Shown here in pieces: positions 1-12,273 of a DNA stretch of 64,000 nucleotides. Where the stretch lies: the NCBI GenBank assembly GCA_951406725.2, contig OX597830.1, positions 24,800,001 to 24,864,000 of the forward strand. The letters are read 5' to 3'. Origin of the DNA: Octopus vulgaris (Eukaryota). Each line of letters begins with the position of its first letter. Positions within the stretch are counted from its first letter, which is position 1. Position numbers and translations under genes: made by a program. The notes below the pieces were generated by a model. It made no database searches. It was not told the origin of the DNA and worked only from the letters and a program-made list of their open reading frames with translations.

Positions 1-1299
1 TGTGGTTGGAAAGTAAGCTTCTCGCCACACAGCCACACCTGTACTAATGATACTGCCATAAGAGGGACCTAATGATAATAATGATTTCATATTTTGGCAC
101 AAGGCCACCAATTTAGGGGGCAGGAGTAAATCGATTAGATCAACCCCAATGCCCAACTGGCACTTATTTTATCAACCCTCAAAAGGATGAATGCCAAAGT
201 TGACCTGGATGGAATTTAAACCCTGGAGGAAATGCTACTGAGCATTTTGCCCATGTTCTGCCGATGCTCCTAGCTCATACCTTGGCCTCATGAAATATTG
301 GTACACCATTTTTGATGGCCCATATAATAGAGTATAAACACACACAGGCTTAGGAAACCTCTTTATGATAAACTAGCAACCAGTTAACATTATAAAATTG
401 TTTTTGCTGATATGAATGTTATCATAGTGTGAAAACCCATGCCACACACAGAACAACAAACTATTTTCTGTGCATAATTGTATGTTTTAGATAACAGAAT
501 GACAGAAAGTAGAATGAGACATGCTAGAATAGACCTAGCCAACCCATGCCCGCGTAGAGAATTATATATAACATATAAAAAAATATTGATGATGATATAT
601 GAGTTGAAAGCAATATCATATTTCTATTTGGAAAGGTGGTTTATCAAGCTAACAGCTATAAACAGGAAGGGGAACAACAACAACAACAACAATATATTTA
701 GGTGGACTAAATGTTTTGAGGGCAAGTTCTTGGGTTTACAGAATGTGATCATATTTCACTTTATCATTCAAACTATGACTAAAACACAATAGAAATAGCA
801 AGAGTTGGCCTTGGTATGTGGTTAGGAATTTGTGTTGTCAACACGATTTAGAAGGAAATTTTTGTATAAAAAACAAAAAAATAAAAGCAATTGTAAAACA
901 GAAAATGAAAGTCAAAAATGAAATGGAACACAATTTTCATGACTTTACACCCCACCTTCTCCCATTCCTTCCACCACTTGTACGTCACTATTAGCATTGA
1001 TATTTTATCATCCTTATCAATGAGTCCAGTGTTGCAAATGATGGTAGACTTACCTGTACACACACCCTAAGTAAACATGTCACAGGTATTTGTAACATTA
1101 GATATATGTACACATGTATGCATATATATACATATACATACACACATACATACACGTGTGTGTGTGTGTGTGTGTGTGTGAGTATGTCAACTATATATAT
1201 ATGTATATATAAATACATACTTAGAAATATATATGTGTGTTTAAATACATACTTAGATGTATAATATGTCTGCATATATACAACTATAAATAAATATAC

Positions 1300-1336
<37 letters not shown>

Positions 1337-2369
1337 CAACTATAGATATATGTATTTATCATTTATCTATATAATGAATATATATAAATCAAACATTACT
1401 ATGGATCATTGAACTCCCAGAAACAGCTGCTAGATTTGTAATACTTTCTTCCACCCCTATAATTTTATAATTTGTACTCTGTGTATGTTGGACCCTTTTA
1501 TATGTATACAAATATATTTTGTATTTCGTGTATTTAATATACTTTGTATATTGATGAATCTAATTTGCTTGTCCTCATATTTGCTTTTATTATTCCTTCT
1601 ATTCTTTCATCCTTTCCTTCTTTCTATCAGCCCCTTCATACTTACTTTGTTCATTCCACTCTTCTTTCTTTCGTTCCCACTCTCTCACATTTCCTAGCCT
1701 TCTCTTCATGCTCACATTCCCTCCTCTTTCATTTCCCTCTGTCCCTTTCATTTTTTCTCACCCCTCCTTAATTCTTCTATCCCACTGCCTCTACCTCTTT
1801 CTTTTCTCTCCCCACTTAACTGGTGTTCCGCGAAGCCTGACCTTACTTTCTTGGTTCAATTACCATCCATGCAACATCTGTATTCCTCCCTGTCCAATCA
1901 TATGTCCCTGCGGCTTTACTTCCACATACACAAGCTTAATTTAATTCATCCTTGGTTGAAAGACACCTATTGTTAATGTCCTGTTATTTGTATTTGTGTA
2001 CCATTTCTCCGATTTTTTTTTTTTGCCGTCCTTGTTTTCGTATACATTTGCTGCTTTCTTCCAAGGAATCTAGTGCTCTTAGCATAGTTTTTCCTTGGGG
2101 CTGGCCAGATTGGAGCAATCGAGTATAACCAACCGAAATTGCAAAGATATTCTGGAACTCAACTGAAGAAAAAAACTCCAAATGACCCGTCCTTGTTTTA
2201 TTTGTATCGCCTGTCTGGATGTTTTGTTGTCCCCTTTTTTGTATCACCTACCTAACTGTCTGGATGTTTTGCGTACTTATCCCTTTTTTGTATTTTTTTA
2301 TATATATTATAATATATATATATATATACATGCATATATGGCTACAGGACATCACCAACAGTTCAAATA

Positions 2370-2410
<41 letters not shown>

Positions 2411-4086
2411 TACATTTTACTTAGGATGAGATGAGTCTCCATCTTCAGATCTTACATTTGAGGTCTTAAAGCAGAGAAGTTCAAAGATGAACTTCTCTTT
2501 GAATCTGCAGCAAGAGCCAGTTGTAGAATCACTAAATATGTATGTGCTGTGGATTTTAAATAATTTTAAATATCCTTGATTGTAAAATTAATGTATTTGT
2601 CTGAAGAAAACAGTTTTTTTTTAATAATATGAACCCATGACTAATTAAAAGATTCGTTAGAAACAGCTGAATTGACACCTGTCCATCAAAGTTACGGGAC
2701 GTAACACACCAGCATCAGCTGTCAAGCGATGTTGGGGAGACAAACACAGACACACAAATGTATACATACATACATATATATATATATACATACATACATA
2801 TATACGGCGGGCTTCTTTCAGTTTCAGTCTACCAAATCCATTCACAAGGCTTTGGTCGACCTGAGGCTATAGTAGAAGACACTTGCCCAAGCTGCCACGC
2901 AGTTGGACTGAATCCGGAACCATGTGGTTGGTAAGCAAGCTACTTACCACGAAAACACATTTTCTAATAAGATGAATACTGGTCAGAATGTTGCACTCAT
3001 GGTTACTAAACTGTGGGTTCAATACTTGGACTTGGAAATATGTTTTGTTCTTGAGCAAAATACTTCACTTTTTGTTGCTCCAGTCCACTCAGCTGTAAAT
3101 GGTTAACCCTGCATCAGACTAGCCTTCTGATCAATGGGAATGTTGGCCTGCCCACCTAGCCAGTGGGGTGAAATCATTTGAAAGTTAAAATGATGCAAAG
3201 TAACTGTAAACAGCAATGAATAACAATATCTGATAGTCTGGTTGATCATGTGATCAGGTGATTTTAAATTCCAAAATCTAAAACTTCTTGAAAATCCTCA
3301 AATAAACTCCAAAATTTATTTAGTGAGAGAAGCACAACAAATGGAAAATTCCTGGAAAATTAAATAAAACAGGATATTGAAGGCAAACTTAAAATGTGTT
3401 AAAAGTGAAAGTTATATATGACTATTTCACGTAGTTTACAAGTTGAAGTGAAATTGTAAATTGCTGGATTTGTCACTTCACTGAGTAAAGTGTTTCTATA
3501 GTGAAACTGTTGTTATATGTGCAAAACCGGACTAGCACCAAATTTCAATACAACTACCTTCATGATGTGTGTAAGAGCTGTATAATAAAATATAAACAGA
3601 TAAATTAATTTGACTTACATCCCATGCCTAAACTGTCTTTATATTATCATATGTACAAATATACAATCATTCTTAATTTTGTATTTGGTTTACAAGAATC
3701 TTGATACAAAAGTCATGCATTGAAACGATTTTGTTGTCTCTTAGGAGGGTCATTGTGCCAATAATTAACATGCACTGATTTTATTTCACTTTTTTTATCA
3801 TTATTATTATTACTAGTCAACTAAGGTGGTGAGATGGAAGAATCGTTTGCACACAAGACAAAATACTTAGTACCATTTCATTCATATTTTCATTCAGAAT
3901 TCAAATTCTACAAATGCCAACTTTGCCTTTTGTCCTTTTGGGGTCAATAAAATGAGTACCAGTTGAACACTGGGATCAATATAATTGGCTTGCCCTCTCC
4001 CCAACTAAATGCTTGGTCTCATAAAGCAAGTCCTCATAAAGTGCGGTATTACTCTGTGTGTGTGTGTGTATAAATATATATATATA

Positions 4087-4164
4087 TATAATCAAAATAA
4101 GCAACAAGGATATCCAGAGGTAATGCATTACCTCTGGATATCCTTGTTGCTTATTTTGATTATA
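4087..4164. repeat. Perfect spacerless 78-bp palindrome
   Basis: Centred on ATG|CAT (4125/4126); arms are exact reverse complements for 39 bp. Confidence 0.95.
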
Positions 4165-6940
4165 ATCACCTTATTTTAAATTGTATGGATAATACCATAC
4201 TAAATTCTGGTGCCTCAACTTAAGTACCATATTCATCTGAATCTATATATATATATATAGGGAGAGTTTATGTAAAAACCACAAAAGACGAAGACAGGTG
4301 GTGTACAAAACAAACAGATGTATTAGTATAACGCTCAGGAATAGAAAAGGTTTTTTTATGTTTTGAGCCTACGCTCTTCTACAGAAAGGGACACAGAAAA
4401 AACAAGGAGAGAAAAAAATGTGTGTAGTGGCTAACGATCTATCATGGCGACTGACTTGGACAGAAGGGTCACATACGAGAGGGAAAGTAAGGAAGATAAC
4501 AAAGTAAAGATGACCCCCAACACAAAGGTGCGTGTGTGTATAAGAGAGTATGTATGTGTGTGTGAAAGAAGGCTGGTGGTCTGGACGTGTGCGTGTCTGT
4601 ATGTGTAGATGTGAAAATGTGGGGATCGGTGTGTGGGTGAGGTATTGTGATGTGATGTGTAATGTTGCATGGTGTGATGTTGTTGGGAGGTGGGGGAGGT
4701 GAGAGTGGGGTACGGTTCGGCTGAGGGTTGGGGTTTGTGGGTAGGCAGGGGTGGGGGTAGAGGTGGGGTATGTGGGAGAGGGTGTGTGGGATGGGAAGGA
4801 TAGGGAAGGTGGAGTAGGAATGTGTAGGGGTGGGTGAGCTTATGGGGGAGGGGAAGGTGGGTATGTGATGAGAGAGAGGAAGAGAGAATAAGAGAGAATG
4901 AGAGAGAGAGGAATATATACATACATATTGCATTGTTTATTTAGCTTTTGAATCATACTACCTCTCTGGTTAGGCGACCAGGCCAACATCCACCTGGCCA
5001 GAGTGGAGCAATCTCAAAATTGTGAGGATGATCCGGTTCTTGACTGAAGATAAAAGGCTTCAAATGACCTGTCCGTGTTTTTTTTGTATCGTCTATCTGG
5101 ATGTTTTGTTGTCCCCTTTTGTATCACCTAGTTGTCTGGATGTTTTGCGTTCTTGTCCCATTTTGTATTTTATTTTATATATACATATATAGCGGCATAC
5201 ATGCACTTTGTTCTCTCTATATATATACATACACACACTTTATTTGTGGGTTAACAGGGCAACCAATAGTTTCATATGAAGAGATCTTCACAGTTGTCGA
5301 AGCATATCAAGTGAAAATATTGGTACTCATCTCCATTTTGGATAAGAATATACAAGATTACATAAGACTGTACAGGATTTATATACATACGTATGTGTAT
5401 TCATCTTGAAAGGTTTTATAGTCCAACCTCTAAGTTATGGAGATATAAACACACCAACACCAGTTGTCAAGCAGTGGCTGGGGAACAAACCCAGACACAA
5501 CAGCACACATGTACACACACACACACACATATATATTCATGACAGGCTTCTTTCAGTTTCTGTCTACCAAATCCACTCACAAGGCTTTAGTTGGCCTGAT
5601 GCTATCATAGAAGACACTTACCCAAGGTGCCATGCAGTGAAACTCACCCCAGAAGCATGTGGTTGAGAAGCAAGCTTCTTACCACACAGCCACACCTGCA
5701 CCTCCAATTGTCTATGTATTTATCTATGTATCTATCTATTTATCTATATACATACACACACACACACATATATATAACACCTAGTAAAAATGGTGCATTG
5801 CTAATGTTGAATGAGTAACTATTGTACAGACATGAATATATGCAAGTACGGCCACATGGTTAAGAAATTTACTTTGTAATCAGGTGGTGTCATGTTCAAA
5901 TCCACTGAGTGACACCTTGGTATCTTCTACCATGGTATCTTCTACCATAGCTTTGGCTCAGCCTAAGTCTTGTGAGAAAAACTGGCTTTGCTAACACCGT
6001 GTTAAGGCTCACTATATAGGCTGTTCTCAGGTGCTAAAACTAATTCACCACCTGGACCTTGAATGCCTTCAGTGGAATCCACTCAGGAGCAAGTTTTCAG
6101 AATCAGACCATGATAAGTGATACGTGATATCTTAAAGTGCTGCTTCCAACTGAAGCAAACAGGCTGTGTTTTCTTCTTCCTCTCCTATCTCAACAAACTG
6201 GGAGACCACACGTAAAGGTCATGTGTTCATTACCTTTTCCCTTCTAAATAAACCATAATTAAAAAGTAATGTATGATCACCTAACACAGGGCTGTTTTAG
6301 TTTAGCAGCAGGAGAAATAATCTCAAAACGTGAGTATCAAGTATCCCCGCTACTGATAAGAGCATTGTATCACATTATCAGAGATTTTTTTGCTTTATGG
6401 GACAGTTTAAAAATGTTTAAATGTGTCTCAAAAAGGGAAGGAGGTTCTGGCATCTTATGTTTTTTTATTGCTTAATTTGAGAAAAGGGGGGCTCTTGTCA
6501 CTCTTTTCAGGATCTTCATGACTAGTTAAAGGAAGGAAGTTATCTGCAGACTTGAGACAAGGCACAAAGGTTTTCAATGGAGTGGATTCACTTGTGAAAT
6601 TCACAGGCCTAGTGAGGGTGTTAAACCAGATAATAGATTAAATTCGTTCTCTCCAAATAAAGGTGTTGTCTTATTTATTACAGTAAGCAAATTTGGAGAA
6701 TATATTTATTTATTTGTCTATAAAGGTGGCTTAGTTGTCATATGTTGGTGTCTATTTCAAACAGAGGGTAACTGTGTTGAGGTTACTGAGGACTGAATAT
6801 GTCATCGAGGGATCTTTTTTATTCTAAGTAGATGGGGCCCGGGGTGGGGGATATCGCATTTTTCACTTTTGAATATATGGACTGATGGGGGTTGACCTAT
6901 GCATGTTGCTAAGTTATATAGACTACAGACATGTAGTGCT

Positions 6941-6984
<44 letters not shown>

Positions 6985-9219
6985 TGCACATATATACACT
7001 GTCATCTTATCATGCAGTGACTGACTGAATGGACCTCACAGTGTCTTGTCACAGTCTTTTGACATGTGGTATGCACAGCATGGAATGTCTTATCTATCTG
7101 TGCAAAGCATGATATTGTTCAAATAGTTTGCTTACATACTCACTCAGAAAGATATTCATATACACACCTTGGTATAAAATAAACACAATTACATATCCGG
7201 GTATATAATCCTGTTTGCTTTATGTATGATTGATATATGTAATACATTCTTTATACTGTCTGCCTTTTGTCTTTTCTGTTATCTTTTACTGGACTGTGAC
7301 TATGCTGGGGTACCACCCTGAAAAGTTCAATCAAACAAATTGACCTTAGTCAATTACTTATTCTGTCGGTTTCACTTATAAAACTACTAAGTTATGGGGA
7401 TGTAAACAAACCAATACTAGTTGTCAGGCAGTAGGGGAATGAACAAACATAAAGACATGCACATACACACACGCACACATATGCCATGGGATTCCACACA
7501 GTTTCCATCAACCAAATTCATTCACTATCCGTTGATTGGTCCAGGGCTGTAATACAAGACACTTGCCCCAGGTATCATGCAGTGAGATTGAAACCATGGC
7601 ATTAGCAAAGCGAGCTTCTTAACCACACAGCCATACCTGTACCTTCATAATATAAGATTTGATGGGTATCCAGCTGTTATTTCTAGAAGATCTTGAAATC
7701 ATTTAGAAGTCGGATCATCATAATTGAAATGAACCATCTTTGTAGAGGATGTCACCTTCTTACCAACTTTGTCTGAGGTGGGCCTTATAAAGACTAAATT
7801 TCTCCTGTGGCTGCATCACATAATCATTGCAAGTGGTTTCAAACATCCATATAAAACTCTGTTGGAGCCCAGTTACTGTCAGTCATTCCAAATATTACGG
7901 AATGCCAATAGTGCAATGATAGACACAGCAGAAAGGAATGCGCTGTTTAATAAATACATTAAGATATGGAATTCATGACATCAGCATTTTTTAACTGTAA
8001 TATATTAAACATAAATGTTGACATATGATAGATATGTAAATAGATCATCACCGTCATCATCATCATCATCATTTTCACATTTGGCTTTTCTTCAAATGGC
8101 ATGGTTTGAAGTGAGATTTTGTTAAGGAAGCTGGATGCCTTTCCAATCACCAACTCTTACTCAGTTTCAAGTAAAGTAACTTATTCCCTTAGTTCTTCAC
8201 ATGAAAAAAATGCTGAACAGTCAGTGTGTTTTATGGCATGTGTATACAATAACAGTTGATATACTGCCTAAGCAGTAACATTGTTTTAAGCATATAAAAC
8301 ATCATCAGGACACAAAGGAGAAGGCATTCATACATATACATTATGTTATATTGAATTTGTTTACAGAGTGATGTGTGATATCATATATCATTCTACCTTG
8401 GATGTGGCTGGACTCTGCCTGGGCTGAAATGCTGCATGCTATACAGTATGTTATGACTGTGAAATGAGACAACTGGGCACAGCTGTTTGGACATTGGCAG
8501 TTTGGCACAGCTGCATGAACATTAAACTTGTTTTAATGACTGTTTATGTCATCTGTGTTTAATAAATAATTTGTAATGTCCCTCTCTTGCACTCTCTCTG
8601 TCTTTCTCTCATTCTTTCTTTTTGTATGTGTATATTTCTCTGCTTCAATGTGTGTGTGTGTATGTTTGCCTCCTGTGCCAAAAAGTACTCTGTCCTTCTC
8701 ATGTACATAAAGCTCACATGCATAAACAGCAAGGGAAAGAAGGAAGGAGAAAACAAGAGAAGCATTAAAACGTCTGCTGTTAAATAAGTCAGCATCGAAA
8801 CAGTGATGACAAATAGGCAGTGACAAAATGGCAGCATCATGTCATCTCATACCTGTTATAACCCCATGACAAGTTGAGGACTCAAGAAGGAAATGAAACC
8901 ATTCTATAAGAAGTTTCAGTGATATTATGGATCGTTCAATAATCAGCTTCAATTCAATTTGATATGATATGATATTTGTTATTCTTATGACATATATCAA
9001 TGTAATCCAACTAACCATGCCCTACCCACAGAATTTCTGGCCTTATGCCTAAATTAGAAACTGTTAAATGTTATGAATTGGCAAAATCTTCAATGTTCAG
9101 AAAAATTTCTTCACGGTATTTATTCTGGATTTTTTTTTTTTTTGTTCTGCACTTAATTCTTTGAATATCAGGCCTTGTACCTTGTATAAGAAATATTGTT
9201 TTATTATTATTATTATTAT

Positions 9220-9436
9220 TAGGTAGTGAGCTGACAGAATCATTAGAACATCAGGCGAAATATTTAGTGGTATTTTGTGTGCCACAACATTCTGCTGAAG
9301 TCAACTTTGCTTTCATCCTTTTGGGACCAATAAATTAAGTACCAGTGAAACACTGGGGTTGATGTACTCGACTAGTCCCCTCACCCAAAATTTCAGGCCT
9401 TGTGCCTTTAGTAGAAAGGATTATTATTATCATTAA

Positions 9437-9469
<33 letters not shown>

Positions 9470-10475
9470 CTAAGGTGGCAAGCTGACAGATTCGTTTGCA
9501 TGCTGGACAAAATGTTTAGTGGTATTTCATTCATCCTCACATTCTAAATTCAAATTCTGCCAAGATCAACTTTGCCTTTCATCCTTTCAACATCGATAAA
9601 ATAAGTACCAATTAAACACTGGGGTCAATGTACTCAACTTACCCCCTCCCCAAAAATGCTAGCCTTATGCCAAAATTTGAAATTATTATTATTATTATTA
9701 TTATTATTAAGATGTCAAGCTGGAAGAATAGTTAGCATGCTGGGCAAAATGTCCATCATCATTTTGTCTGTATTTACATTCTGAGTTCAAATTCCATCAA
9801 GATCAGTGGTTCCCAAACTTTTCAGTGCCCTCACACCAACTAATCATTACAAACATAGACCTCTTTCTGAAGCAAATTCAAAGCAACTGTATTTCACAAA
9901 TAAAACTTAACCTAACAAACCCATTATTTTGTTGTTTTTACATAAATCACCACCCTATTATCGCTCCACTTTTTGCATGAATTGCTACTCGATTATCACC
10001 CCCTTGGAACATTCCATCGTGTCCAGGGGCCCAATACCACCCACTTTGGGAACCACTGGTATCAACTTTGCCTTTCATCCTTTTGGGGTCGATAAAATAA
10101 GTAACGGTTGAGCACTGGGGCCAATGTAATCAATTTACCTCACCCTAGAACTTGCTGGCCTTGTGCCAAAATTTGAAACCATTCTTCTTTTTCTTCTTCA
10201 ATTCTTCTTCTTCTTCTTATTATTATTATTATTATTAAGGCAGTGAGCTAGCAGAATCATTAGCATGCCTGGCGAAATGCTTAGCGGTATATCATCTGCC
10301 GCTACATTCTTAGTTCAAATTCTGCCAAGGTCAATAGTGCCTTCCATCCTCTCGGGGTCGATAAATTAAGTACCAGTTGAGTACTGGGGTCTATGTAATC
10401 AACTTACCTCTCCCCCAAAATTTCAAGCCTTGCGCTTATAGCAGAATGGATTATTATTATTATTATTATTATTAT
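9220..10475 (+). mobile_element. Head-to-tail cluster of four family B SINEs separated by (ATT)n tracts
   Basis: Repeated gagct(g/a)(a/g)caga...ttcaaatt...tttcatcc...taagtacca units starting near 9221, 9472, 9710 and 10238. Confidence 0.8.
9804..10058. mobile_element. hAT-like MITE inserted into a SINE
   Basis: Perfect 14-bp inverted termini CAGTGGTTCCCAAA / TTTGGGAACCACTG; interrupts a SINE just after its B box. No clear 8-bp TSD. Confidence 0.7.
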
Positions 10476-10577
10476 GTTTCATGTTATGCTTAGAAGCGAT
10501 GCATAATACCAGAATTTTCGATTCAAGTTAGTGAATCTGGTAGATGGAAACTGAAAGAAGCCCATCATATATATGCT

Positions 10578-10608
<31 letters not shown>

Positions 10609-10879
10609 CGTGTTTGTCCCCCAACATCACTTGACAACTGATGCTGGTATGTTTACGATCCCTGTAACTTAGAGGTTCGGCAAGAGAGACTGATAAAATA
10701 AAACAAAAGACGAAGGCAGGTGATGTAGACAACAAACAGATGTATTAGTATAACGCTCAGGAAGTGAAAAAGTCTTTAATGTTTTGAGCCTACGCTCTTC
10801 CACAGAAAGAAACAAGGAGAGAAAATAACGAATGTGTAGTGGCTAGCGGTCTATCATGGTGAATGATATATATATGTGC

Positions 10880-10924
<45 letters not shown>

Positions 10925-10962
10925 GTATATTCATATTATATAAATATATATAAAATACATAA

Positions 10963-10994
<32 letters not shown>

Positions 10995-12049
10995 CATACA
11001 ACACACACACACACACATAGTAATGCAATGAAAAGAAAAAGACAAAGAAAGTTTATTCACACAGCTTTAATTATAACTTACAAATGTTTCTGTACCATCC
11101 CTTTTTGCAGCGCCAATTTACGTTAAAATTCTAAAAGAAAATTTGCATAATATTTGCAGTTTTAGGTATTGGAGAGGCACTTCGTCAGACTTGCATACAC
11201 TGTGTGTCTATCAGAACCTGTTGGTAGGAAAGTACTGGGAGGAAATAAAAGGTGAAAAAATTAAAAGTGTATATGCGGGGACAGGTTTGTGGGAAAGATA
11301 TTATGTGTAGGTGAGGAATAAAAGGGTGGATACATATAATGATAGGAGGGGGAGGAAAGCAAATAGAAGAAGGTAAAAGAAAATAGAAGAAGGTAAAAGA
11401 GAAAAATCAGAAGAAAGAGAAGGAAAGGAGGAAGAAGAAGAAGAAAAAGAAAGGGGTGATAGGGAGAAGTAAATACAATGGGCAGTGCTGCATATAGCAA
11501 AACAGTTTATCTAGTTGTATGCTGGTGGTGTACCATTGAGTACAGGCAGAGCCATTGTTAACAAAATTCGTCTGATATGAAGCGGGATGTATTCAACCGC
11601 ACAGCAACATTAGTCTGTAACAACTGAAAGTGAAAAGCTCTGTTAAATAGATAAAACTAGACAATTGTCTGGAGTGAAAGTATGAGAATGTTAATGATGT
11701 GGAGGAACCTAATTTATGACCTTAGTGTGTCTGTGCACTGGGAGGGAGTACAGGTAGGAATAGTAAAGTACAAAGATACATCTAGAAATATACACATAGA
11801 TACACACACACACGTACACGCACACACTCACATACACACATGCATACTCACACATACACACACACAGACCCACACAACATGTATGTGTATATATATAAAT
11901 ATATATATATATGCATGTATACACACACACACACACACATATATAAATACATATCATTATATATAGTCATGTGTATTTTTATAGTTATATAATATATATA
12001 TGTAATATATATATATATTTGTAATATATATTTTATATACATTTACATA

Positions 12050-12122
<73 letters not shown>

Positions 12123-12226
12123 CTGTCAAAGTTGTAAAAGACTTTTCCATTCTTCCTGAGCATTTAACAAATATGCCTGCTTGTTGTTCCTATACCTATC
12201 TTCATCCTTTGTTTTCTGTAAATTTG

Positions 12227-12273
<47 letters not shown>

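Noticed and set aside
4431-4933. Pro/His-rich ORFs of 154-163 aa
   Set aside because: Low-complexity G/T-rich sequence; open frames are expected from composition alone.
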